The notes under the pieces were generated by a model that was not told the DNA's origin, did no database searches, and saw only the letters and a list, made by a program, of their open reading frames with translations. Made by a program: the position numbers and the translations under genes. This document shows positions 36,331 to 48,232 of a stretch of DNA of 64,000 nt, one piece after another; positions within the stretch are counted from its first letter, which is position 1, and every line of letters begins with the position of its first letter. This DNA is from Octopus sinensis (taxonomy: Eukaryota), in assembly GCF_006345805.1 (NCBI RefSeq), contig NC_043014.1, positions 15,500,001 through 15,564,000 on the forward strand. Direction: 5' to 3'.

Positions 36331-36850
36331 AATGACAACAACCTTTTAACTTTTACATGTTTCACTCATTAGACTGCGGTCATGCTGGAGCACTGCCTTG
36401 AAGTGTTTGTTTTCTTTTAGCTGAACGAATTGATCCCAGTACTTGTTCTTTTTTCTCTTTTTTAAGCCCCTGGTACTTATTCTATTGGTCTCTTTCACTG
36501 AACCACTAAGTCATTGGAACATAAACACACCAGCACTGGTTGTAAGTGGTGGTGAGGATAATGATGATGACGTCTGGCTTTTATCTCTAATTTCACCTCA
36601 TAACTTTCCTTTCTTCTTCTTCAAATAATAGAGTGTGTTTGTGTGTGTGTATGGGGGAACAGTGTATTAGAGTACCAGTAATACATTCAGGTACATTAAC
36701 AACTAGAATTTTCTTTTTGCACTTTTTCTTTTCCAGAAACTCATCAGAAACAATGGCCCTAACTATTGCAGGCCCTCCATTCCCATATTAATGGAGTTAG
36801 TGTGGCTGATGTTCAGTCTGAATATTTGTAGGTTAACTATCTGCCAGAGT

Positions 36851-37170
36851 GAAGGCGCATGGCTCAGTGGTTAGAGCGTTGAGCTTACGATCGTGAGGTT
36901 GTGAGTTTGAATCCCAGACTGGGCTACGTGTTGTGTTCTTGAGCAAAACATTATTTCCCGTTGCTTCAATTCACTCAGCTGTAGAAATAAATTGCGATGT
37001 CACAGGTGCCATTCTGTATCAGCCCCTTGCCTTTCCCTTGGATAACACTGGTGGTGTGGAGAAGGGAGGCTGGTATGCCTGGGCGATGGCTGGTCTTCCA
37101 TAAACAACCTTGCCCAGACTTGTGCCTGGGAGGGTAACTTTCTAGGTGCAATCCCATGGTCTGTGTCAAT
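36851..37170 (+). mobile_element. SINE family C, near full length
   Basis: A box tggctcagtgg, B-box-like gagtttgaatccc, tgtgttcttgagcaaaaca core. Confidence 0.85.
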
Positions 37171-37282
37171 ACCGAAGTGGGTCTCAGAATTATCTGCTGG
37201 AGTAAAAATTTGGTGGGAAAAAGAGGCCAAGTGGATACAATAAAGGGGCCACCTCTACAGGTTCAGTACTTTGGTTAGTGAA

Positions 37283-37520
37283 GGCATGTGGTCAGTTGTT
37301 TAGGGTGCTGAACTCATGATTGCAAGTTCATGGTTTTGATTCCCAGACCATGAGGTGCATTGAGTTCTTAAGCAAGACATTTCATTTCACATTGTTCAAG
37401 TCCACTCAGCCATAAATGGGTCACCCTGCAATGGACTGGCATCCCATTTAGGGGGTAATGTTGTGATCTTGGTTACTTATATATATGCCATCATGGAAAT
37501 TAGGTAACCACCCCTATGAC
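37283..37520 (+). mobile_element. SINE family C, diverged
   Basis: gaaggcatgtgg...gttcttaagcaagacatttcatttcac. Confidence 0.6.
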
Positions 37521-37570
37521 TTGAGGCAGTAATGGTGATGATGATGATGATGATGACACTGATGATATAC

Positions 37571-37789
37571 TTACTCTTTTACTTGTTTCAGTCATTTGAC
37601 TGTGGCCATGCTGGAGCACCGCCTTTAGTCGAGCAAATAGACCCCAGGACTTATTCTTTGTAAGCCTAGTACTTAATCTATCGGTATCTTTTGCCGAACC
37701 AATAAGTTACGGGGACGTAAACACACCAGCATCAGTTGTCAAACGACGTTGGGGGGACAAGCACAGACACACAAACAGATACACATACG

Positions 37790-37827
<38 letters not shown>

Positions 37828-37990
37828 TACATATATATGACGGGCTTCCTTCAGTTTCCGTCTACCAAATCCACTCACAAGGCTTTGGTCAGCCTGAGGC
37901 TATAGTAGAAGACACTTGCCCAAGGTGCCACGCAGTGGGAATGAACCCAGAACCATGTGGTTTATAAGCAAGCTACTTACCACACAGCCC
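37571..37990 (-). mobile_element. SINE family A, full copy
   Basis: Homology to other copies; internal (CA)n. Confidence 0.9.
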
Positions 37991-39269
37991 GTCATGCCCC
38001 AAATTTAAGGCCTCATATATCTATATTGCAAATCAGCAATAAAGAATCTGGACCTAAGGGTCATCCCTGTAAATCAGAATTGCTCACAGATGTATCTACC
38101 ACAATCTCTGACAGGTTTATGGTCAAGCCTGTGGCAGTGGCTCCAGTGTTCCCTCCTCCCTATCTCCCAGACCATTTCCCTGCTCATATCTATCAGGGCG
38201 GAGATTGTTGTCTGTAAATGTGTGCCCCTCTGAGTCAGAGTGGGTTTCCAGCACATCTCCCTCACCATCCTTCAAGGCAACACCTTTTCCATTTTGTCTG
38301 CTGGGGCCAGGAAGCAGTCTAACGTACAGGAAATAGCACAATCCACTCCTTAATGCAAAGTTATTCCATATATTTATGCTAATCAAGCATTTTATCTAAT
38401 CAGGTTGTGCAAGGAAAATGTTGCATATCCACCAGATATGATAACTTCATCATAATTATTAAGCTCACTAAATGCAGAGATTTATCAACTAATTCAGTAT
38501 AAAGGGTGCAAGAGGTATTTGAGGATATATTTGGCAATTGAATGAAACCTTTTTTGAAGAGAACAGCAAACTGATAATTGTCCTCAAATATACCTTGTAA
38601 TCTTGCACTTTAAACTTCATAGGAACTGTTAAGAAATCTGATCTGCAATTATTCACTTTATAATTTATAATTATCTTACACTAACTTCAAATGCCTCAAT
38701 TGATTTGCCTGCCCAAATAATATCATAATATCCCAGCTGTTTTAATAATACTATTTTTCTCATTCATCAAAGTATCTTTTCCTGTCTTCCTAATATGTTA
38801 ATTCCAGGTCAAGACATCTGTGTAATAACAGTAATGAGATATTCTCTCCCCTCAATATTAAATTAGATAGCTTGTATGATTCACAAATCTGACTCGTTCT
38901 TACAGTGTGGGAATGAAATGCAAGCTTTGTGGGAGGGAAATGATAAAGTTGATATATACGTAGTGTGAATATGTGCGTGTATGTGTATATATATATATAT
39001 AACAAATACGAGGGGTTTAGTTCACTGATGATCTAAACGAACAGGTACGCTGCCTAAGTGCTATAATTGGTCAGTCATCCGATAGGTTCCAAGTCTACAG
39101 CTGAGGCAGGAGCTAGGGATCCGTAGTAGGCTTCTGAGTCAGCAGGTATATAGTAAAGGAAAATGGACAACAAAACCAAGGCCTGGCAAGTATTTCAGGT
39201 CGTTTAGAATATTTAATTAGAGTAAGGTGAATCAAAAATGGAGAAGTAGAAGTAATTAATGTCTTACAA

Positions 39270-39391
39270 CTGTTTCTTGGATATTCCAGGTGATGGATCA
39301 ACATCTCCATACACTGGGTATTCTATCTCTGATGATAGAATACCCAGTGTATGGAAATGTTGGCCGATTGCCTGGAATATTCCTGGAACAG
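39270..39391. repeat. Long hairpin: perfect 22-bp inverted repeat with imperfect extension
   Basis: tccatacactgggtattctatc (39306-39327) / gatagaatacccagtgtatgga (39334-39355); outer tattccagg/cctggaata. Confidence 0.9.
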
Positions 39392-39659
39392 CTATATATA
39401 TATAGTTAGAATCTGTAATACAAGATGCACATGTGAGAAAAAATGTGCTTAATTAAATGAGGAAACTCGCACCTTAATAATACTCATCCCGTCCTAATTA
39501 CCCAATGAAACTAACCAATCCACCACAAGCAAACCTCTACCCAGCGAATTTACCAGCGCAAGAACAAAATTTCAAAATAAGAATTACCACTTTGTTTACA
39601 TTACCATCACATATGTATCAATTATTTTCGCATCCTAATCGATGCATCTATCTATACTC

Positions 39660-39695
39660 GCATTCTGAAGAGTAAATCGAAACGATTGTAAATGC
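39660..39695 (+). ncRNA. Minimal type I hammerhead (stem II reduced to 1 bp), Penelope type
   Basis: GCATT CTGAAGA G taaat C GAAA C gatt G TA AATGC. Confidence 0.7.
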
Positions 39696-39794
39696 CACCC
39701 TCATCTCTGCTTCTAACATTTTCTTACCTATTTAATTAAAGACATGCCAGCATAAACCATGAGTCTCCTATTGTTATTATATCCATTTTCTTCT

Positions 39795-39829
<35 letters not shown>

Positions 39830-40221
39830 GTTTTCATAATGAGATAAAAAAACCAAGGCTGTGTAAATTTTAGAACATATAAATATTTCTAGGATATTTA
39901 TTGTATCCCTTCATTGGAGACGGTGTGAGAAAATGGTTAAGCAATAGTTAATTTAGATAAGATACGAAATAGAGAGTGTGGAAGAGATTTGTCCAAGGTG
40001 CTGTGCAGTGGGACTGAACCGGAAACCTCATGGTTGCAAAGTAAGCTTCTTAAACATGCAGCCATGTGTGTGTCTATGCAAAAGAAAACTACAAAAGCAG
40101 TTGTTGAACAAAAGACAATTTGGTTGGACGAGAGAAAAGTTAGTTGGCAAAGAGTAAAAGATGTGCGTGTGTGTGTGCGTATACATACATATATATATAT
40201 ATACACATACATACACATATG

Positions 40222-40270
<49 letters not shown>

Positions 40271-40274
<4 letters not shown>

Positions 40275-40409
40275 AAGACTATTGAAAAGGTTGCAAGACG
40301 CAACGAAAATTTTAAGAAAATAAAAATAAGAAATAAGTGGAAATTTTACTGGTGAGTGTGTTACATTATAAGGCATGAAAAGAAAATGACTCTCCCCAGA
40401 CACAACAGA

Positions 40410-40410
<1 letters not shown>
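40271..40410 (+). mobile_element. Single-arm copy of the 6847 family with U3-A8 HHR-like motif at 40279-40315, in (AT)n
   Basis: CTA TTGAAAA G GTTGC aagac GCAAC GAAA AT TT TAA. Confidence 0.8.
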
Positions 40411-40483
<73 letters not shown>

Positions 40484-41284
40484 TATAATATATATATATA
40501 TATAAACAAATATATAAATATATATATATATATATTTACATATACTAGATAAGAACTGATAAATTAAATTTGATATATGTAAACATATTTAAATATATTT
40601 TAATCTTGGTTTGAAATGGTTTCTGAGTCATAGAAACACTTTCTCTCTTTCTCTCTCTCTCTCATAACCAAAGGAATGAGAGAGAGAGAGATAGAGAGAG
40701 AGAGTAAATGAGTGCATTTAGAAATTATGTTAAGCCAAGGTGTAAATGAAGTCTTACACACTGAGTTTATATAACCACTATATTATATTGATATAAATCA
40801 AACATTGGTAAACTGCAACCCATGGGAATTTCCGAATGATACGTCAGACGAAAAATTGCCTTGAAATTTTTTTCTTTTAGTAATGAGGCCTGTTTGATGG
40901 TGAGCCAGGTCTCATGTAGCCTGTTTCTCATAAAACATTGCCAATTCCTGGAATTAAGCAACAGATTTATGGCTTGTTGATTCACCATCATCATCATTTT
41001 CATGTGCTTTTTTTCTATGCTGGCATGGGTTGGAAAAGGCTTGATCTTCAGCTGGGTGCCCTTTCTGTCATTTTATATGCAAATCCATGAAGGAATGACA
41101 CATAAAGGAATGACACCAATGTTCTATAAAAGACATGCACTCACATTCACTCTCTCTTTCTCTCTATCTTCCCCCCTCTCTCTCTCACACACACACAAAC
41201 ATGTATATATTGGGTTGTCAGATAAATTCATTTGATTTTTTGTTTATTATTTTCCATTTCTTTTAATCATTTCCAATGTTATTT

Positions 41285-41510
41285 GAATTAATAGAAAGAT
41301 ATTTTTATCGGAGATGTACTTGCATAGAAAGTGATTTGATCTGAGATCATGTGCTGAAACGAAAACAATTGCAGCGTGGAAGGTGTTTGTAAGCCATTTA
41401 AGAAACACACAAAAGCCGTTCGACAAATTAAACTTAAATGTTGAAGTGAATCGAACGGCTTTTGTGTGTTTCTTAAATGGCTTACAAACACCTTCCATGC
41501 TGCAATTGAT
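41285..41510 (-). mobile_element. Second fold-back copy of the 14449 family, HHR centre deleted
   Basis: caattgcagcgtggaagg...gccgttcga / tcgaacggc...ccttccatgctgcaattg. Confidence 0.85.
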
Positions 41511-41623
41511 ATTTTTATCATAGTGTTTTATGTTTTTTTAAAATTTTTCTAGCTCTATTCTTCATCTCTAACTTTCATTTATCATTTCTAAATTTGAAAA
41601 GAACTTTTCCTCTTTTTACCCAT

Positions 41624-42590
41624 ATGACGAGGGAGTGCCAAGAAGAAAAATAAATAAAATGAAAAAAAATTATCTGTCAACCCAAAACAGTGTTTTCTCA
41701 ACCATTTATCGTGAATTCATACCCCAGGGCCAGACCATGAATTGAGAATTCTACTGCAATGTTTTGAAGCATTTGAGAGAGACCATTTAGCAAAAGTGAC
41801 CAGATTTGTGGAGCATGAAGAATTAGATTTTTCACGACAAAAATGCACCCTGTCACAAAGTTCTCCTTACTTATGAGTTTCTCACCAAAAACAACATGGT
41901 ATTGCTTCCACACCTATCATATTCACCAGATTAAGCATCTGCAAACTTCCACCTCTTCCCAAAATAAAAATGCAGCTCAAAGGTGGCTGTTTTAATACCA
42001 TTGTCAAGATCCAGAGTGAATCGCAGAAGGTCCTCAACTTGCTCACCGTAAACGACTTCCAGGCTGGATTCCAAAAGTGGCAGAAATGCTTACTGCACAA
42101 GGTGACTGTTTCCAAGGAGACAATGTTAAAACTTAAGTAAATAAAATTATTTTTTTGTAAATATAACTAGTATAACTAATATAGGCTTGTTTACCAACCA
42201 CATGGTTCCAGGTTCAGTCCCACTGTGTGGCACCTTGGGCAAGTGTCTTCTACTATAGCCTCGGGCCGACCAAAGCCTTGTGAGTGGATTTGGTAGATGG
42301 AAACTGAAAGAAGTCTGTTGTATATATGTATATATATATATATATATATATGCGTGTGTGTGTTTGTTCCCCTAGCATTGCTTGACAACCAATGCTGTGT
42401 GTTTATATCCCCGTTACTTAGCGGTTCGGCAAAAGAGACCAATAGAATAAGTACTGGGATTACAAAAGAATAAGTCCCGGGGTTGAGTTGCTCGATTAAA
42501 GGCAGTGCTCCAGCATGGCTGCAGTCAAATTACTGAAACAAGTAAAAGAGTAAAAGAGAGAGTCCAGGAACCTTTTGATACCATTTTGTG
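41624..42590 (+). mobile_element. Internally deleted mariner (same family as 2908-3660), SINE A inserted at ~42184-42558
   Basis: Left end tgacgagggagtgcc; REFIPQGQTMN, FHDKNAPCH, SYSPD.ASANFHLFPK; right end gtccaggaaccttttgatacc. Confidence 0.8.
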
Positions 42591-44266
42591 TTTCTGTTTT
42601 TACACTCTGCTGTGAAACCTGGGCTATTTTTTCATGCACCACTCTGTATAAGTTGAAATAATGAAATCAAACTAAATAGTGGTATTAGCTTAACATGAAT
42701 TATATATACATGTGTGCTTGTGTGAGTGTGTGTGTGTGTGTGTGTGTGCATGTGTGTCTTTGCCGTTTTTTGGTGCTCACTACCAGTGTGGGTTTGTTTA
42801 CATCCACCTTAACTAAAGCAATTCAAAGAAAAGAGACCAGTAGAATAAGTAACAGACTTTAAAAAAATAATAATAATCCTTTCTACTGAAGGCACAAAGC
42901 TTAAAACATAGGGCAGAGGGCACTGGTCGATTAAAATAATAATAATAATAATAACTATTGGTGTCAATTTGATCAGCTAAAACCCTTCATGATGATGCCC
43001 CAGCATGGCCACAGTGCAATGACCAAAAGTAGTAAATGATAAAAGATATCTCCTACCAATTTGATTAATAAGAGTGGAGATAATGATTGTTGTTGATTTT
43101 AATATTTTTCTTTTTTTCGTTTTGGTTTTCTTAGGCACAAATCCAATTTCCTTGTAAGAGGAGAGAAGAAACATCAACAGAGAGATTATTACATTGGTCC
43201 CACCATACTTCAGCATTAGTTGCTATTTTACTGATCCATAGAATCATGAAGGACAAACTTGATCTTGGCAGAACTGGAATTCAGAAACAGCGAGAATGAA
43301 ACTAAATACGAATACAGTAAAGCTTGTTTTTTTTTGTTTTTTTTTTGCTTGCTTGTTTATTTTCTTTTAGATTGGCACTCAACCATACCTGCCATACCCT
43401 CTTCCGCCTTCCATTAGTCTAAGAATGATGATTTCTCACGTTGGCACCCGGCCACGCATTTTGGCAGATGAGTTTAGTCGATTTAATTAATTCCAGTATC
43501 AGACTGACACTCGTTCTATTAATCCCAGAAAGATGAACAACAAACGTTGACACCCGACCAACCAAGGTTTGAACCCTGAAATCTTAGATATGCAACTAAA
43601 TACTGAAATGGTATTTAGTCTTGTGGTACTCTTCCATCTTTGTCTCCTCCCCGCTGTCTTCCACTTCCCCCAGTTATTAAACTGAGGTAATGAGGGAGCC
43701 TCTATGTGCTCACTCATCTTGCTAGAAATAGCAGTCAGATATTCAATAAATTCATACCATTGCATTTCAGACAAGAAAAAAGAGATGGTGAGTTGGCAGA
43801 ATTGTTACAGCATCCCGCAAAATGCTTTGCAAATTTTTGGCTGTCTTTATGTCCTGACTTCAAATTCAGCTGAGGTTGACTTAGTCTTTCATCTTTCCAT
43901 GGTTGATAAAATAAGTACCAGTTGAGCACTGGGGATCAATCTAATCAGCTAGTCTCTGCTCTTCGTAATTCTAGGTCTTGTGCGAATAAGTAGGGTGTTG
44001 CACTCATGATCATAAGATTGTGGTTTCAATTCCTGGATTGGGTGGTGTATTGTGTTCTTGAGCAAAACACTTCCTCTCATGTTACTCTGTGATTACTTCA
44101 ACACCTGACAGGTGGTACACCGTGCACCTGTTCAAACGAATCCAATCTGACAGAGAGAGTGAGGTAATGTGCTGTGCATATATTTGATCACTATAAACAA
44201 ATCATCTGTGCAGGTTGTTGAGTCCATTATTATTTGTGCAGGGAGAGTCCATTATCATTATTATTA

Positions 44267-44478
44267 AGGTGATGAGCTGGTTGAATCGTTAGCATGCCGG
44301 GCAAAATGCTCAGCAATATTTCGCTTGTCACAACATTCTGAGTTCAAATTCTGCCAAGGTTGACTTTGCCTTTCATTCTTTCAGGGTTGATAAATTAAGT
44401 GCCAGTGAAACATTGGAGTCGATGTAATAGACTAGTCCCTCCCCCCAAAATTTCAGGCCTTGTGCCTACAGCAGAAAG
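44267..44478 (+). mobile_element. SINE family B
   Basis: ggtgatgagctggttgaatcgttagc...gactttgcctttcattc. Confidence 0.8.
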
Positions 44479-45139
44479 GATTATTATTATTATTATCATT
44501 ATTATTATTGTTTTATTTTCATTATTTGCTTCAGTCATATATTCATTGGTATTTTTATTTATTTATTTACCAATTTATTTGACCCTTCTTTTTCTCATTC
44601 TCCCAAGGATCCAATCTCTCCCCTTTCCTCTTCTCTCACACCAATTCTACCAATCCCTTTTCCCCCCCTTTTCTCTTTTTCTCACTCACCTTCCCCATCT
44701 CTCTCTCTTTCTCTCTCTTCCTTTTCCCTCTCTATAGATATTCTACTCCTTCTAGTCATGTCCTCCCCTCATCTAGTAGGTCACAGAAACTGCCCTGACC
44801 ATATATAAAGGGTGAATACCATCAATTTGTCCATGTTTTGATTGTCTTAACCGAGGAAAATTTTGTGTAAGAGATGAAATTCCCTTTTCATTTATTGCAC
44901 AATTATCCAAAACATGCATCTTAAAATACATTTAGAATATCAGTTCTTGGTTTGACTTTGGTTTTATAGGTAAAGCATGGCTGTGTGGTAAGAAGCTTGC
45001 TTCCCAACCACATAGTTCCAGGTTCAGTCCCATTGTGTGGCACCATGGGCAAGTGCCTCTACTATAGCCTCAGGATAACCAAAGCTTTGTGAGTGGATTT
45101 GATAGATGGAAACTGTAAGAAGCCTGTTACACCAGCTAA

Positions 45140-45460
45140 GCTAAGTTGTACTGTCTATATTCGTAAGACACCCGCTGTTTTTGTCCTGTTATTACTATTA
45201 TTGTTTTTTGTATTTATATTCGTGTGGCATCGTCTGTTTTTCTGTCCTTGTTTCGTATACATTCGATCCTTTTTCCAAGAAATCTAATGCTCGTAGCTTA
45301 GTTTTTCCTTGGGGCTGGTCGGATCAGAGCGATCTCAAGATTAATCAGCCGAAATTGCGAGGATGATCCGGTTCTTGACTGAAGATTGAAATGCTCGAAT
45401 GTCCCGTCCGTGTTTTTTGTATCGTCTTCTAAATGTTTTGCGTTCTTGTCCCAGTTTGTA
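45140..45460 (+). mobile_element. Unclassified repeat (also inserted at 9430-9575), possibly Penelope pLTR-like
   Basis: ttaatcagccgaaattgcgagg...gtcccagtttgtat shared between both sites. Confidence 0.55.
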
Positions 45461-45637
45461 TTTTTTTTACATATACATATATATATATATATACATGCAC
45501 ACACACACATACATACATAAATTTACATAAATAAAGATAAGATCGATATTTAAATTCCAATCTTATCAGGTGGCCAGCATGGGAATAAAAACCTTTCAAA
45601 GGTAATAATTATTTAAAATTATAATTTAGGGTATCCA

Positions 45638-45757
45638 AGAGATACCACCATGCTGGAAATAGCAATCATAACTTGATTCTAAAACCACATTAAATGTTCG
45701 TTTAATGTGGTTTTAGAGTCAAGTTATGACTGCTATTTCCAGCGTGGTGGTATCTCT
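45638..45757. repeat. Near-perfect 57-bp inverted repeat, 6-nt loop
   Basis: agagataccaccatgctgg...ccacattaaa / tttaatgtgg...ccagcgtggtggtatctct; 3 differences, 2 compatible with G-U. Confidence 0.95.
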
Positions 45758-45834
45758 CACATACATACATATATATGTACATATTTATGAGTCTGTATTT
45801 GTTCCCCCACCACCATCACTTGACGATAGATAGA

Positions 45835-45870
<36 letters not shown>

Positions 45871-46392
45871 TAGACAGACAGGCCGGCAGACAGACACATG
45901 TACAAACATAAATATACAATAGGCTTTCAGTTTCTACCAAACTAATCCACAGTAAAAGACACTTAGCCAAGGTACCACCACACAATGCTAATGAACTTTT
46001 TGACCATGCCACCACACATTTAACTCCCCTCTGTATTTGTTTTTAAATTATCCTAAAGTTTGGTGTATATTTCTTATCTTTGTTCTCTATTCAAAGTATT
46101 ATTGCACTCATTCATTAGTTAAAGTTTGTAGTCTTTCTGAAATTACATGATCTTACATTAAAAGCATTCTTAATCTAAACTATAAACAATATTTGATACT
46201 CTGAATTCTTACAGACAAATAAACATGACTTTTACTCTGTCTATGTTTCAAGAATTATTTTTCAAATTGCACTTGTGTTTTTATTCTGTTTCATTCCAGA
46301 TGTCAAAAGTCACTCCTCAACAATGTTGACTACACAGAGCAGGGTATAAGAGAACTTAGTTATTGTCATTTAGAAACCTTTACACTTATTTA

Positions 46393-46600
46393 AGGCGATG
46401 AGCTGGCAGAAACATTAGCATGCTGGGTGAAATGCTTAGCGGTATTTCGTCTGCCATTACGTTCTGGGTTCAAATTCCGCCGAGGTCGACTTTGCCTTTC
46501 ATCATTTCAGGGTCGATAAATTAAGTACCAGTTATGCACTGGGGTCGATGTAATCGACTTAATCCCTTTGTCTGTCCTTGTTTGTCCCCTAAATAAGAAG
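46393..46600 (+). mobile_element. SINE family B, young copy
   Basis: Close to the 6353 and 49102 copies. Confidence 0.88.
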
Positions 46601-48232
46601 AGGTGACCAATCAAAACTAAAATGTAATGGATTCCAGTTTTTAATGATGAGTATTAAGTTATTTGATCAACTGCTGACTGAATTAGCATATAAGTAGCTG
46701 AATATTCCACAGACATATGTACCCTTAACCCTTACTGCACAGAAACTGAGTATACTTGCTCTCTTACATGTGTACTTGAGACACAAGAATGGAGCTAATT
46801 TAAATTTCGTAGTTAATTTGTGTTAAAGATAGAAAGTTAAGATAACCACTGTTAATACATTTTGGCAGATTTGAACATAAATATCCAATTGTTGTTGTTT
46901 TTCATGATCAAATAACATTTCCTCCTTTTAAACACTGTGCATTCATAATACGGATATAAAGGGGGACTTTGAGATCCTGTAATGTTTTGACCTTATTGTA
47001 TGTCTCCTCAGTCAAAGCTACTTCGCCAGGCTCTTGTTTATAGAAATCAACAGACAAATTATTTGTTGATGCATGCTGATGTCTGCCAAACAATAATTCA
47101 GGAAATGCATACAGAACTGTGAGAATCCAAGCAATAATGTATCTATTCATTCTCAATATGTTCTGGCAGATTTGAAAGTGAATATCTGATTGTTCTCTTT
47201 CGAGGACACATGTACATAACACACATGGATCACAGGTAGAAGGGGACTTTGTGACACTGCAGTGTTTCAACCTTATTTTGTATCTCCTCTGAAAGCTATT
47301 CCTCTAAACCAGTGGTTCTCAACTGCGGTACATATGGCCCTATTGGGGAGTAGGGGCATATAAGATTTTGTTGTTAAAATTTATCTCCAATAAAGTGGTT
47401 ATACTTCTATAATACACAAGATATTTTAACATCTTTTTTATACAATTCTCTCATTCTACTTGACTTTGATAATTTTTAAAAAATTGATATAACTCTTCAT
47501 GAAGGTAAATGGACAATAAGAAGAGTGCGATGCAATTTATAATAGAGATTGTCTATTTGACAGTTTACTTGCTTTTATTTTTTACAGTCATTTGACTGAG
47601 GTCATGCTGGAGCACCACCTTTTAGTCAAGCAAATCAACCCCCAAATCGACTTATTCTTTGTAAACCTAGTACTTATTCTATCGGTCTCTTTTGCCGAAC
47701 CACTAAGTTATGGGGACATAAACACACAGGTGATGTCGGTTTTGGCATGGTTTTTACATCTGGGTACCCTTCCAAATGCCAACCACTTCACAGTGTAGAT
47801 TGGATGCTTTTTACATGGTACCTACACTGGCAGGGTCACCAAGTAACTTGCAAGATAAAGATCCTTTGAGAGGAAAGGGGACATGGAAGGAGGTGATCTT
47901 GTGTCAGATGATGAAAGGTTAGAGTGTGACAGAGAGACAAATTCTCGTCATTTCATATGATGTATTACACACATTATATTTTTACTGGCGAATAGAAAGA
48001 GAACTGATTTGCATATGATTAGCATGCTACATCTCCACATTGATACACAAAAATTTTAATCAGTGCAGAGAGGATTAATACAGTTCTTAACAGGAATCAG
48101 CATGACACATTGTAACAGAACAGATTTTAACTCTTCAGCGTTTAAACTGACAGATCTGGTCCAAAGATACAACTTATTTTATGCTCAAACTGACTAGATC
48201 CAGCCTCTGTCACCTACCCTGCAATTTTATTT

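Noticed and set aside
39017-39050. CTGATGA as an HHR core
   Set aside because: Followed by GAAC and no pairing stem I
45300-45420. HHR in the 9430/45140 repeat (CTGAAGA, cagccGAAA)
   Set aside because: Core halves could not be assembled with compatible stems I and III
47305-47345. hAT/Charlie MITE from cagtggttctcaac (also cagtggttcccaaac at ~62078)
   Set aside because: Only one terminus recognisable in each case
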